A stretch of DNA of 61,601 bases, counting the filler, from Chiloscyllium plagiosum (taxonomy: Eukaryota): assembly GCF_004010195.1 (NCBI RefSeq). It is 3 parts of one record of this genome, joined end to end, with 100 filler letters (N's around TTAATTAATTAA, not from the genome) between each part and the next. Parts side by side here need not be neighbours in the genome. Positions count along the whole stretch, not along the records: positions 1 to 13,161 come from NC_057717.1; 2 more parts are not named here. One strand, 5' to 3'. Positions 1 through 13,261 of this stretch are shown here, in pieces. The notes beneath the pieces are model-generated. The model had not been told where the DNA came from, did no database searches, and worked only from the letters and a program-made list of their open reading frames with translations. Position 1 is the first letter of the stretch; each line of letters starts with the position of its first letter. The position numbers were made by a program, and so were the translations under genes.

Positions 1-250
1 AGCAATGATGCACCTACATGGAACAGGGAATGTGATGGAGACATAGTTTGGACAATGTACAAGGATACTTCACATGGTCCAGTTTGGGAGAAGATAACAT
101 TATTGTGTGATTCAACTCAGAGAGGGAGAAAATGTAATCTGCCTGAGAAGGAATGGCCGATTGCACTCTCTCTCCTTCATTGTTCCTCATCACAGGAATG
201 TGTGCAAGCGAAAAACAACTCTACAGTCATCGTTACCATCTTATTTTTGT

Positions 251-555
251 AGAATCCCTGCAGAGTTGAAACAGGCCCTTCAGCCCAATAAGTCCACACC
301 AACCTTCCCAACCCATTCCCCATTTATTTACCCCTGACTAATGCACCTAACCTAGAAATCCCTGAACACTACAGAAAATTTAGCATGATCAATCCACCTA
401 ACCTACACCGTTTGTGGTAGGAAACTGGATCACCCATTAGAAGCTCACACAGAAAAATGGAGAATGTGCAAACTCCCGGCAGGCAGTCACCCAAGGTTGA
501 ATCGACCCCAAGTCCCTGGTGCTGTGAGGCAGCAGTGCAAACCATCGTGCTACCC
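251..555 (-). mobile_element. HE1-like tRNA-derived SINE, older diverged copy
   Basis: Colinear with the HE1 copy at 618-940 (aaacaggcccttc..., gtgcaaactcc..., gtgaggcagcagtgc). Confidence 0.8.
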
Positions 556-617
556 TTTGGGTGATCCCTAACCAGAATTCACTGGAATCTACTCACTGCC
601 TAAGGCAAAGGGAATTC

Positions 618-960
618 TTAGATTAGATTAGATTACTTACAGTGTGGAAACAGGCCCTTCGGCCCAACAAGTCCACACCGACCCGCCGAAGCGCAACCCA
701 CCCATACCCCTACATTTACCCCTTATTACCTAACACTAAGGGCAATTTAGCATGGCCAATTCACCTAACCTGCACATCTTTGTGACTGTGGGAGGAAACC
801 GGAGCACCCGGAGGAAACCCACGCAGACACGGGGAGAACGTGCAAACTCCACACAGTCAGTCGCCTGAGTCGGGAATTGAACCCGGGGCTCTGGCGCAGT
901 GAGGCAGCAGTGCTAACCACTGTGCCACCGTGCCGCCCACTATGCCACCGTGCCGCCCAC
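618..960 (-). mobile_element. HE1-like SINE, full length, young, with 20-bp tandem duplication of its 5' end
   Basis: Reverse complement begins gggcggcacggtggcacagtggttagcac with B box ggttcaattcc and ends in an (aatct)n tail; 921-940 is repeated at 941-960. Confidence 0.92.
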
Positions 961-1419
961 TAATTCAGCCAAATCCAAACTCTCCCAGGATGAAATCCTA
1001 TTGCTAGCAGCTTGTGTGAGTGCAATATCTTCAGAAGCAAAATAATGTTTTGGACAATGTTGCAATTTTTCCTTTTGTCATGAGTTACACTAATATCTGG
1101 ACAAAATTCTTTCGAGTTAAAATTGCAGAGATTTTGTTTGTTTGTGTGTGTGTGTCAGTATTTTTAGAAAGGGAAATATTGATTATGTATTTGCAATACC
1201 CAAACAGTTGGCTATTCATCTTTCCATCATAGTTTGAGTAACATTGCACTGGATCATAAAGGTGTTGTTTCAGCAGATTAAAGAAACTAGCCTGACTTAT
1301 TCCTAAAACTAACCCTGACCCAGTCTGAGACCGACATCATCGGCCATATCACAAACTGGTCACATTTAACATTTGTTGTGAGCAGTGGAGGAGTGAGACT
1401 AGAAAAGGAAACAGTGACA

Positions 1420-3065
1420 CAAAAAGCCGGGGAACTATAGACCAGTGAGTCTGATGTCAGTGGTGGGTATGTTATTGGAGGGGATTCTGAGGGACAGCAT
1501 TTGCAAACATTTGGGAAGACAAGGGCTGATCGGGGTAGACAACGAGGCTTTCTGCATGGAAAATCGTGTCTCATTAATTTGGTTGAGTTTTGTGAAGAGG
1601 TGACAAAGAAGATTGATGAAGGCATTTTGGTAGGCATTGTCTATATGAACTTCAGCAAGGTGTTCATTTAAAGAACAAAGAGCAAAGAAAATGTACATCC
1701 CAGGGACAGGCCCTTCGACCTCCAAGCCTGAATCGATCCAAATGTACTGTCTAAATCTGTCGGTCAATTCCTAAGCATCTGCAGCCCTCTGCTCCCCACC
1801 TACTCATGCATCTGTCCAGACGCATCTTAAATGAATCTGCCGTGCCTGCCTCTGCTACCTCTGCTGGCAACGCGTTCCAAATGCCCACCACCCTCTGTGT
1901 GAAGTACTTACCGGGTGTCTCCCCCTTAAACTTTCCACCTCTCACCTTGAAAGCACAACCTCTCGTTATTGAATCCTTCACGCTTGGAAAAAGTTTGTCT
2001 CTGTCCACCCGATCTATACCCTTCATGATTTTGCAAACCTCACTCAGGTTCCCCCTTAATGTCCTTTTTGCTAGTGAAAATAAACCTAACCGACTCAGCC
2101 TTTCTTCGTAGCTGGTAATTCATTCTGATTTGTAGGCAGATGAGTAAGTTTCAGTCACATGGGATACAGAAGAAGATAGTCACAATTGGCTTGAAGGAAG
2201 AGGGGTAATTTTCAGACTGGAGGCTTGTGAGCAGCAGTGTGCTGTAAGAATCAGTACTGAGTTCACTGCATTTCATCACTTTTGTATAGGATTTAGATGT
2301 GGATATCGGGGTCATAGCTAGTAAGTTTATAGATGACATCAGAAAGGTGATGTAGTAGATTATCTCAGAGTACAACGAGACCACAATTAGATGGGACAGA
2401 GGGACAAGGAGTGACAGATGAAGTTTAATTTAGATAAATACGAGGTTTTGTATTTTGGGAACGCAAATCAGGGTAGAAATTATACATTTAATGGTAAGGT
2501 CCTGGGGAGAGTTGTGAAACAAAGGGACCGAGGGCTGCAGGTACATTGTTCCTTGAAAGTGGAGTCGCAGGTAGACAGAGTGGTGCAAAACACATTTGGG
2601 ACATTTCCCTTAATCAGTCAGAGCATTGGGTATAGGGGTTGTGGTGGCATGTTGCATCTGTACATGATGTTGTCAGGACACTTTAAGAATACTGCGTACA
2701 ACTCGGTTTTCTTCTGAAAAGATTTACACAGATGTTCCAGGACTGGAGGTTTGAGCTTAAGGGAGAGGTTGATTAGGTTGAGGTGTTTCCCCCAGGAGTG
2801 ACCAGCGGGGGCATGGATATTCTGAACAGCCACGCTCTGCTCCCAAGGATAGTGGAGTCCAGAACAAGAGAGCATAGGATGGAGGGGGAAGGGCGAATGA
2901 TTTAGAAGGGACCTGAAAGTAAATGTTTCACACAGAGAGTGGTGTGTGTACAGAAAGTGCTGTCAGAGGAAGTGGTGATGGCGGATCAATCGCACATTTT
3001 GATATCTGATCGGAGGGAACAGATTGGACTAACGGGTCTGTTTCCGTTCTGCATGACTCTCTAAT
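1420..3065 (+). mobile_element. Decayed CR1 LINE ORF2 (RT and 3' end), interrupted by a second CR1
   Basis: KPGNYRPVSL, GFLHGKSCLINLVEF, MKFNLDKYEVLYFG motifs with stops and frameshifts. Confidence 0.85.
1671..2112 (-). mobile_element. CR1 LINE 3' fragment nested in the preceding CR1
   Basis: ORF 1751-2026 (KGIDRVDRDKLFP...YFTQRVVGIWNALP) and a short-repeat tail at 1671-1690. Confidence 0.88.
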
Positions 3066-3984
3066 TCTACAAGACGGATGACAAAAATTCTGAAAGGACC
3101 TTTCAAGTGGGAATTCTCTTCACCGGAAGGTTATCGTGCGTCTATGCTCATATTGATTGAGAGCTGCATTAGTTATATATTTGACAGAGAAGTGAGTCAC
3201 GGATAATGGGATACAGACAGGAAAGTGGGGCTGAGTCCCCAACCTGATCAGCCAGAATCTTAGTGACTGGTGGAGAAGGCTCAAAGTATCCAATGACCCA
3301 CTTCTGCTCCTCAGTCCCATGTTCCTGTATTCCATTCAGCCCCTCAAACCTGCTAGACAGAAGCAGTGGGAGGCGACTTACTGCAAAACCTGATGCAAAG
3401 AAACAGAGGAGACCATTTGGCCCTTCAGGACTGTCCCACACGCTTTGAGGTGATTTGGGAAATGTAATTAGAAAACCCATGCTGGGTATGAAAGAGGCCC
3501 CTCATCTCTCTGCAACTTGTGCTTCATTTGTTGGTTATGTTATCGACCCAGATTCACTGCAAATACAGCCCATATACCGCACCCAGAAATGGCTCACAAA
3601 ATCCTCTGGTCTCCCTGTCTGCAGCATTCAATAACAGAACATTCACGAAAATAACATCCACTAACTTTCCAATAACAGAATGTGAGAACATCAGAAACAG
3701 GGCTCGGCCGTTCACTCCCCAAGCCTGTCTTTCCCTTCACTAAGATCATGACTGATCTGCTCTTGGTCTGAAATCCTCTTTCATACCCAATTCTTCATAG
3801 CCCTCAACTCTCTGACAGGTCAATATTCATCTATCTTCTTTTCAAATACTTTCAGTCATCTTGCTACCCAACACTCTTGAGAAGAGAAATCCTGATATTC
3901 AACACCACCTGTTTGAAGAAACACTTACTGCTCCTGTATCATGGCTTATTGATCTGAACAAAAGAGGTTAAACAAGGGTTCAGG

Positions 3985-4400
3985 TAAAAATGACTGGCCC
4001 TGATGTCAAAGCAGTGGTTGACTTCTGTTGACATCAAGGAGCTTAACAAAACTGGACTAAATGGGAATCAGAGTAAACTCTCCAGTGTTTGGAATCAAAC
4101 ATGGCACAAAGGAAGATGTTCATCATCTCAGTCCTGGGTCAACTCTGTGGGAGTTCCTCAGGCTATCTTCCTCTTCACAAACATCTTCAGTTGCTACATC
4201 AATGTCTCCCCGACCCACCCTCTCCACCATAAGATCAGAAGTGGGAATGGTCACTGAAGATTCCACAATATTTAGAAACTTTTGTCTCCCCTCAGCTCCT
4301 GAACTAGTCTGTGTCCATATGCAGCAAGACCCAGACTCCATTGAGACTTATGCTGTTAAAGTGTCAGTAACATTCATGTAACAGCACTGCCTGACACTGC
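3985..4400 (+). mobile_element. Decayed CR1/L2-type RT fragment
   Basis: GVPQ..., FSCYIN..., QQDPDSIETYA resemble the RT core and downstream region. Confidence 0.55.
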
Positions 4401-4419
4401 ACAAAGCCACAGTAAAACA

Positions 4420-5365
4420 AGAGTTCATTCAGCACCTCACGCTGGTTTCACAGGAGTATGAGGAAGTCATTCAGCCCATTGACGCTATTGGAGAAGAACA
4501 GGGAGAGGCCATTCAGTGCCTCCAGCCTATTACTCAGGAAGAGAAGGAGTCTAGTGTGATGGACCACATCAGAGCCCCTAGAAAATATGTGAAGGCAGTA
4601 GCCAAGACGCTAATGTTGTCTTATTTTAAAGGAATTGTAAAGTGTCTGTTCCAGATGCAATGTGACTGGTCATACTACTCGGTGTGAAGCAAAACACAAT
4701 TTATTTCAAAACGAAAGATGAAACAAAACCAAAGAAAGAGGAATTTAGAATAACGTAATTCTATTGGACAAGTTAACAGAATAATAGATCTAGGAACTAT
4801 TACTAATGAACTGTTCCAACATAGGAATCTCCCATAAACACAACCCCTGGCAAAAAGGAATATTCAGACACAGAATGTCACAAATATTTCTCATTTCCAG
4901 GAATTGAAAACAGCATCAAGAGAAAATTCATAGAGAGTAGCAGCCAGGAGACATTCCCTGAAGCTTCCAACTCTGTGGAGACCCCATTAGTTTCTGATGT
5001 TACTGAGAAACCAAAACCCAGAAATCTTAATCTCTGAGAGTTGGTCACATCCATTCAGGCTGCATTAAAATAAATCCAAGGCCTCCCTCGCTGTTTACTC
5101 AAGGGGACTTAACTAGCCAGTTCGTTAAGAATCATTCAAACTCTCTCTTAAATGAAACCAGGACAAAATAACATCTTAAAGCTGCAACATTGTCACATTT
5201 GTCAGCACATCGAACTGTCAAACAGGAACCAGAGGTAACCCAGTCAGGCCCTTGGCCCTGTCCAATCGGATGAGGAAGAAGCCAGTCAGTCCCTTCAGTC
5301 ACTTACTCAGGAACAGGAGGAGGCCATTCCCACCTCAATGCACTTACAAGGGGGCAGAATGAGGT
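4420..5365 (+). repeat. Degenerate ~42-bp tandem array (acaggaacaggaggaggccattcagccc...), split by a solo LTR
   Basis: Recurring cagga...ggccattcag units at ~4420-4550 and ~5200-5365. Confidence 0.65.
4555..5197 (-). mobile_element. Solo LTR of a gypsy/Gmr1-like family
   Basis: TGTGA...TCACA inverted termini; similar to the LTRs at 52869-53485 and 55482-56112. Confidence 0.75.
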
Positions 5366-6289
5366 AAGCTATGCTGATTCCTGATGAATGTCTTCCTGAT
5401 GAAAGTGGAGCTTTGGATGCACAGACAGACTGCTCCACGTTGTTCCTCTTGGCTCCATTGCTTATGATACACACGTGGGACTTTAACGTGGTTTTCTAGT
5501 GGTGAGTAGAGAAAACATATATCTTATGTGAAGTCTCAAGAAGGCATCTTTCATCTCCGAGAAGGCAGCCAGGTGTTCTCTATGTGAGGTGGAGGTGGAT
5601 ACGAATAGCTACCTGTTTCAGATGCAAGGTATTGTGGCTGCCGTTGCGGATTATGAGCATCCTGACGTTCAGTACGGGTTCACACGCCAACTGCACAATA
5701 ACGTGGGGAAGAGTTAATGTAGGCATATAAACTATTAGGAAAGTCACGTTAGACTGATGAATGGACTCTGTAAGTTCAAATAATGCTGATCTTGTTCATG
5801 TTGATCTTGTCTGGTGCATGTCCTGTTCAGTGTATCCTGTATGCCTTACTCTGTCCAAGTTTATTTCCAACCTATGATCTGTCTGGCCATGCTTACTATG
5901 ATCTGCCTCCATTGCTCATAAATAAAGTGTTTCCCATTACTGAGGTTCATGTGACAATAAATCAAACTAATCAATCCTGGTTAAAGTATGGAATTTCTCT
6001 CCCTGTCAATGTCTGTTTTGAAAATAAGTGATCGTTGCCACTCCTCGTGTTTCAGTGTCACCATTACTTCGCCTCTCACAGCTCTTCAGATTAAACACTC
6101 AGCTTCTTCACTTCATTCTCATGATACCATCACCTGTGTCTGTGGTAAGGAGATAATTCCTTACAAAGGCGATCAAATCTATACAGAGTGCCCCGAATGG
6201 TCTCTCAGCAACCCTCGACAACAGCCGGAAGATGGCTTTACTTATGTAATCGAATCATCTTACAATGAAGGACAGCTTACCATTGACTG

Positions 6290-7445
6290 CATCCATTTCT
6301 TACACAGGGTTTGATTCGGAGCCGTCAGCATGGACTTGTGAGTGGGACATCATGCTTCCCAAATTTCTTAGCGTCCTTTGGTGAAGTGACCAAGAAGGTT
6401 GATGAGGGCCGAGCTATAAACGTAGTCGCCATGGATTTCAGTAAGGCCTTTGATAAAGCTCCACATGGCAGGCTGCTCTGGAAGGTTCCATCCCGTGGAA
6501 TGTTGGGGGATTTGACCAATTGGATACACAGTTGGATTGATGGTAGGAAGGAAAGGGTTTAGTGGAGGGATGCTTGTCAGACTGGAGGCTGGCTCCATAG
6601 CTGCTTGTTATCTATGATTTGGTTGAGAATGTACAAGGCATGATTAGTAAGTTTGCAGATGACGCGAAAATAAGTGGAAGATTATCAGAAATTGCAGCAG
6701 GCCCTTAATCAGGTGGGCAAGTGGGCCGAGAAATGGGAAATGGAATTTAATATAGAAGTGCGAACTCTTGCGTTTTGGAATCCCAAATCAAGGTGGAGTT
6801 CCATGGTGCATGGGAGGGTCTTAAGGGGTGTAGTGGGCAGAGAGACGTTGCCGTTCAGGTGCATACTTTTCTGACAGTGGAGTCACAAGTAGACAGGGCA
6901 GTGAAAAAGACATTTGGGACATTGGCCTTCATCAGGCAGGACATTGAGTTGTGTTGCAGTCACAAAGGACTTTATTAAGGCTGCACTTGGAGTATTGTGT
7001 TCAGTTTTTTCACCCTGTTATAGGGAGGATGTTATGAAATTAGAAAGAGCGCAGAAGAAATTTACAAGGACGTTGCCAGGACCTAATGGTCTGAATGAAA
7101 GGGAGAGGTAGGACAAGCTGGGAGCTTTTCTTTAGCGTGCAGGAGACTGAGGGGGGAGCCTTAAGATCATGAGGGATATGGATAGGGTGAATTCTCTCAG
7201 TCTTTTTCAGGTTTGGAAAATCGAGGGCGAGAGGAGATCAGTTTTAGGTAAAAGGGGAAAGAATAAAAGGGAACCTGAGGGGCCACGTGTTTGCACTGAG
7301 GGCTTGTTTGTGGATGAGCTGCCAGAAGATGTGGCTGAAGGGGATACATTAACAATATTTCAAAAGCATTGAATAAATATGTGTATCGGAAAGGACTGGA
7401 AGGATATGGGCCAACTGCATGGAACTGGGGTTAGCGTGGATGGAT
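6290..7445 (+). mobile_element. Decayed CR1 LINE ORF2 (RT to 3' end)
   Basis: QHGLVSGTSC, MDFSKAFDKAPHGRLL, KFADD (6650-6665), LERAQKKFTRTLPG. Confidence 0.9.
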
Positions 7446-8404
7446 ATTTACAAAGTGGATTCAAACCCTTCTGTTAATTAAAACCAAATCCCCAGCAAAG
7501 CTCGCCTCACCTCATAATCTGTTAAAATATGAGTGGCACAGATCTCCTACATTCCACTATTTAAACAAAAATTAGCAAGTTATTTTCTTAACTTTAATAG
7601 TGAACACTAAACAACAACTATTCACAAATCCAAGCCCCTTTTGTCTTATCTACTTATATCTGACTCCAACTCTGTAGAAATATGCTGTTCCAACAACCCA
7701 TACATTAAACATTACAATCTCAAGACCACGCAGTCTCCATCTTCCCCGCTGTGTTCACTCTTCCAGATGCTGATCTCCCTGTGTCTTGTTTTTTTTTTAC
7801 TGAAGGGAGGTTTGACATGAACGTGTATCTTTGATAGAGAGTATTTGAAATGGTCAGTTAGCACTCCTGCTCTGCAGCAGCTACTCTGCTGTTGGATGTC
7901 AGTGGCTCTCCTTCTAATTTCAAAATGCTGGGTTTATATACTGCCCATGGTACAATAATTCTCATAATTTGATTGCTTCCAGGTGTCCAAACAATAATAT
8001 TGAAATTCTGTTGGCTTCTGGTATCCTGAGCGTTATTTAAACTCTTTGGTTGTATTTGAATTGTTGTCAAAACAGCAACCAAAATTCAGGTATCCATTTC
8101 CCAGATAATAGTGACATGTGGAACAGCCTGACCTTCAGCTGGCATCTGTGGCTGTACTTTCTATTCAGCAAAACCCGTTCTGTCTTAAAGTGGCCTGATA
8201 TGCTTCTGGAAACATAACACCTCCCCACTTCAGAAAAAAACATGAACCAGCAGAACGAAAAGATGGCTTCATTTCCTTTCCTCTAATTGTTAATCCCATT
8301 ATTATGAAATACAAAAGTATCAATCTCAGCTATACCATACATATTAATTCTGCACGCATACATAACACTGCCATAAGTCAAATCTTATCTAACCTTTTTC
8401 CTTT

Positions 8405-8770
8405 AAATCCGTGATACGCATCTGCTATCACATTTTAGGACCCACAGCACGTAGGGTTAAAATTGGTAAGATAAGACTCCAATGAAATACTGTCATATTC
8501 TGGTCTTTAAATATTCCAAAAAATGTGAGAGGTTTGTCGTTGTCCACAACCATCTCCGACAATTCCTTTGTCATATAAACATTATAATATTGTCGGTCCA
8601 GTGCGAAACTTACTTATTCCTTTGCAGTAATGGAGATTTTGTACTTTTTTTTCTAGTGGATATTGTGATTTTTCGACAAGTACCGAATTGGACATTCAAT
8701 TCCATCGTCATCATTCTGTATCAATACATCTCCGACCACTATTTTCTTGTAATCGTTGGTGTTCATGGAT
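8405..8770 (-). pseudogene. Ty3/gypsy RNase H remnant
   Basis: VGDVLIQNDDDGIECPIRYLSKNHNIH, ...PLTFFGIFKDQN...WSLIL..., NVIADA motifs. Confidence 0.75.
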
Positions 8771-9420
8771 GCGGATCTTGAGCTGTCTTCCTGTTTATCC
8801 AAAGGACTAGCCACACTACCATACATCAAGAACATTTCCGACTGACAGCCAAACTACTGCGACCACTAGGTCTTACAACAGCACACAAACCAACAGCCAC
8901 TCTCAGACAACAACTCACCAGAACGAAGGACCCGATACCCAGCATGAGCAAAACCAATGTAGTGTACAAAATCACATGAAAGAACTGCACAAAACACTGC
9001 ATAGGACAAACAGGAAGACAGCTAACGATCCACATCCATGAACACCAACTAGCCACGAAACGACACGACCAGCTATCCTTAGTAGCCACACACGCAGATG
9101 GCAAGCAACATGAGTTCGACTGGGACAACACTACTATTATAGGAGAAGCCAAACAGAACAGCCAGGGAATTCCTAGAGGCATGGCACTCATCCACAGATT
9201 CAATCAATAAGCACATCGACTTGGACCCAATATACCGGCCACTGCAGCGGACAGCTGGAACTGACAACCGGAAGCGGCAGATTCAAACCATTATAAATAC
9301 CGGAGGAAACATCACAGAAGCACTTCACTGGAGGCTCCCAAGCACTGAGGATGCCACCTAGACAGGGGACGAAACGTCTGCAACTCAAATGTTCAGCTCG
9401 GCGAACAGAACCACAACTCC
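8771..9420 (+). mobile_element. Penelope-like element 3' part (GIY-YIG endonuclease) inserted in the LTR element
   Basis: LPYI..., NVVYKI-C..C....IGQTGRQL..HIHEHQLATKRHD, HEFDWDN, FLEAWHS. Confidence 0.88.
9342..9381 (+). ncRNA. Minimal type I hammerhead ribozyme motif
   Basis: gca-CTGAGGA-stem II-GAAACGTC-tgc; flanking gca/tgc can pair as stem I. Confidence 0.65.
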
Positions 9421-9544
9421 TAATTATCTTTCAGCCCCCTTGTCCCTCCACCACATTCCTGACGATGGGTGTATGCCTGATATGTCGATTGTCCTGCTCT
9501 TCGAATGCTGCCTGATTTGTTGTGCCTTTCCAGCTCCTCACTTC

Positions 9545-10940
9545 TCAACTATTAGATACTGAACAAATCCCGTATCTTGCATAATTATAAGTTCTTGTCC
9601 TCCCCCCACACCCCAGTTTTCCTTGGAAAGGTTTATCTACAGAGGCGAATTCTTTAAAGAGATCAGGCACTAACTCCATACCCCGCCCCTGCCTAGGCTG
9701 TGCACTCTCCTGCAGCTCCTCAGCTCTACTTGGGGTCTTCTTTACCACGTTCTCCAGGTTTTCCTTCAATGCTTAGCATTGTGTGTCCCAGCTTGCGGCA
9801 GTGGAAACGCCTTTTCCCACTGCCCTTCTTAAACCAACGGCACTGTAATTTTATGTGTTCCACTCCCTAATGGTGAGTACACCTGAGTTCTTCCACTTCC
9901 TTTCAACCCCTTTGGGCCTTTTCTTTCACCTGTGGTAAACTATTGCCAGTGTGTTTTATGTTTTGTCGTGTGTGATCTCCCTTTCTCCCAATTTTTATCC
10001 CTCACAGGATGAAAATCCTCCCAGAAGCGAAATTTCATCTCATGCGCCAATGCATATTTATCTGCCAGTTCTGCCGCGCTTCTCACTTCTTGAACTTCCT
10101 ATTCATTCACATGAATTCTTACCATCTCTGGAAGTGAGTCTTTAAACTCCTCGGGCAGAATAATCTCCCTTCGAGCGTCACAGGTCTTATCCATATTTAA
10201 GGATTGCACCCATCTGTCAAAATGACTGTGTTTAATTCTTTCCAACTCAACACAAGTCTGACCTGGTTCCGTCTCCATATTTCTGAACCACTGTCTATAT
10301 TCTTCTCCTACCAATTCATAAGCACTCAATATAGCCTGTTTGACATCTGCATAATCTCTTACTCCCTCATGTGACAGCACTGCACATACCTCTCAAGCTA
10401 TACCCACCAGCTTAGTCTGAACCAGCATTCTCCACAAGATCACTGGACATGCCATCTGCCGAGCCAATTTTGCAAATGAAATAAAAAAAAGGTTTTGGCA
10501 TTTTTCTCACCGAAATATGCCAATGTATTAGCATAGTTGTATACATCCCTACGTTCTCCCTTCATCTTCATCCTGCTTCATTCTTATCTAATTCTAAACA
10601 TCAGAATTTCAAATTCTCCATCTCTTCCTTTTTCGTCTCTTTCTCTTTCTCTATCTTCTCTCTCTTTCTGTCTCTCTCTTTATCTTCTAACTCCAGTTGC
10701 CATATTTGCAATTTAAGTTTTTTCGAACTCGACTGCAGTAGCCTGCTTCTCGGATACACCAAAGTGCTTGACCAACTCCATTATGATGACAGCTTTCCTT
10801 TTGTCTCTGGTGAAACCCAATTCTAATCTACATGTTAATTCTAAAAGTATGCCCTTCCATTGTCTTTCTACACTTTTTTGGCAAATTTGGGAACCACCTT
10901 CAAACCTCAGAACCTCTTTCGTAATGTTAAAAGCCATTTC
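9545..10940 (-). pseudogene. SCAN-like gag remnant of the Gmr1-like element
   Basis: YADVKQAILSAYELVGEEYRQWFRN...FDRWV...REIILPEEFKDSLPEMVRIHVNE (ORF 10099-10380); ORF 10713-10961 is the N-terminal part. Confidence 0.8.
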
Positions 10941-11249
10941 TTTTAATTTAACCAACCACAAGAAAACAAAATTAAATGAATTTTGTCACCTATTTTATTT
11001 GAAGATCTCGGTCACTAAGTGCCAAGTGATGGAATCTGCTGGGACCTTTTGCATCCCAAATCTGTTCAAATCTGTCTAAATCCAATACGGCAAGCCCTCA
11101 AACCGTTATGATGTCGATGTGGAACTCCCCTGTTAATTAAAACCACACACCCAAAAAGTCTCACCCCACCTATTAATCTGTTAAAACATGAATGACAAAG
11201 TAGTCGCAAATTCCAGTATTAAGAGAAAAATAACAATTTGTCAGTATGT

Positions 11250-11612
11250 ATGTTAACTCGCTGAGCTTGAAGGTTTTTTTCAGATGTTTCGTCACCATGA
11301 CTAGGTAATATCATTAGTGAGAGTCTTTGGTGACGCACTGGTGGTATGTCTCGTCTTTCTATTTGTAGGTCTTGGTTTCTTAAGTTTCGTGGTGTCATTT
11401 CCAGTTTTTTGTTCAAGGGAAGGTAGATATGATCTAAAATGATGTGTTTATTGATGTACTTCTGGCTAGAATGTCATGCTTCTAAGAAATTTCATGCGTA
11501 GCTTTGTCCTAGGAAGTGTGTGTTGTCACAGTCAACGTGGTGTTCTTCTTTTTCTGTATGTGTGGAAACTAGTGATAGTGGGTCATGTCTTTTGGTAGCC
11601 AGGTGGTGCTCC
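11250..11612 (-). mobile_element. Penelope-like element 3' fragment
   Basis: Reverse-complement match to 38700-39075 (EHHLATKRHDPLS...), with a degenerate hammerhead at 11282-11320. Confidence 0.8.
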
Positions 11613-12299
11613 TATATCCTGCTATCACGACAACAGGACAGTCTGAAATGGAGGAACAATGATTTTATATACACTGTTCAATCAGTGTGTGTTCAGATAA
11701 GTAACATTGTTCATATGTGTACACACATTCTGAATGAACAACGGAGACACAGTTAACGAAAAATGATGCACACGATGAATAAAATTTTTAAAGCATTAAA
11801 GCATTATTTGATCCTCATCTGAAGTGATACCTTCCCTTTCTCTCAACGTTCCCCCTTTTCTGGGATTCCCAACTCTAGTCTCTCATTCTTATCAGGATGT
11901 GTGTTATAAATTCTTGTTTCTTGTTTCCCAACTTATTTCAGTTCATCTCCTTTCTACCAGGAATTGAATATGTTGGCTTGCTGGGTTCTTTCCAAAGCTA
12001 GTGTCTGTCGTATTATTGGAGAGAAAAGTTATGGCATCAGACCCAGCATTTGAACATATTGCTCTGTTGTAGGTGAACTGTACAAATGACCACAGCACAC
12101 AGGAATTGCCAAAACATTGATGGAAGTACATCTACTACTTTCGATAATGCAGTTTGCTCATTTTCCACATCTCCATATCTATATCCTTTCTCTTGTTCTC
12201 CCTTTGTATCTAGTTAAGAAATCCACCAATTATTCTGTGTGTCCAATCTCTCGAAACTCCTTCTATCGGTTTATATCTATTGCTCTCTTCTCGATGTAA

Positions 12300-12620
12300 T
12301 GTGATTATAATTGAGCAAGTAACTACAAAGGCATAAGGGAGGAGCTGACCAGGGTTAATTGGAAGGGGAGTCGAGCAGGAAAGTCCATATAGCGGCAATG
12401 GGAGGAGTTTCTGGGGATAAGTCGGAAGATAATACCAGAAATTCATACCCAAGAAGATGAAATATACTCATGGGAGGACAAGGCAACCATGAGTGATACG
12501 GCATCAAACCAATAGTGAAAACATGCAATGTGGTGAAGATGATTGGGAATCTGGAGAATTCATTGACTCTGAAACTACATAAGGCTGGCATCACTGAAAT
12601 TACAGAACTCTTAATCATGG
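12300..12620 (+). mobile_element. Decayed CR1 ORF2 fragment
   Basis: NYKGIREELTRVNW...QWEEF...KFIPK...QPW linker region of CR1 ORF2. Confidence 0.6.
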
Positions 12621-13161
12621 TCATGGCGAGAAACAGATGGAAACACTTCAATCTCAGAAGATGGCATTACTCAAGGAAAAAGATTTAGGTGAATTAACCA
12701 TTTGAATTAAGATCAGTTAAATGCTTCTGCGGAATGTGTCAGATTGGAAGCAAGACCCGGGGAGAGAGACCCTCAGCAGGATGAGAGTTTGAAAATGGAA
12801 GTATTTCCACATCAGAAACCAGGTTAGGTCACTGAGTGCAGGGCTGATGGGTGAATGGGTCTCAGTGAGGATTGGGGAACAGACAGCAGAATTGCATTGC
12901 AGATATTGCAGCTCGAAACTGCGTATTCATGTAGTGCTGCAGACCACAGCAGCAGGAGAAGCAGAACACCATTCAACCACAACCTGTAACTTTTTGCCAG
13001 GATGACACCTCAGTCTGCCATTACCATCAACACCATCTATGGCTCAGTGACGAGTGCGGGTGAACATGTCAGAGTCAGAATCACATGAACATTAACCTGA
13101 TGCTAACTCATTAAAGCTACGAGACATGACCAGCAGATCTGAACGAAGCCCTGCAGTCCTG

Positions 13162-13261
13162 NNNNNNNNNNNNNNNNNNNNNNNNNNNNNNNNNNNNNNN
13201 NNNNNTTAATTAATTAANNNNNNNNNNNNNNNNNNNNNNNNNNNNNNNNNNNNNNNNNNNN
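13162..13261. other. Artificial 100-bp scaffolding gap with six-frame stop linker
   Basis: N-run with central TTAATTAATTAA (13206-13217); same design at 34696-34795. Confidence 0.95.

Larger units (their letters stand above)
7455..11245 (-). mobile_element. Internally deleted Gmr1-like Ty3/gypsy LTR retrotransposon
   Basis: LTR similarity 7455-7590 vs 11115-11245; polypurine tract at 8220-8231; PBS-like site ~11088-11103; gag and RNase H remnants between. Confidence 0.75.

Noticed and set aside
5500..5780. Possible Tx1/L1 zinc-knuckle remnant (ARCSLCEVEVD)
   Set aside because: Too short and decayed to support without a search.
13206..13217. Palindromic TTAATTAATTAA as a biological site
   Set aside because: It sits centrally in fixed 100-bp N-runs twice, so it is an assembly linker.
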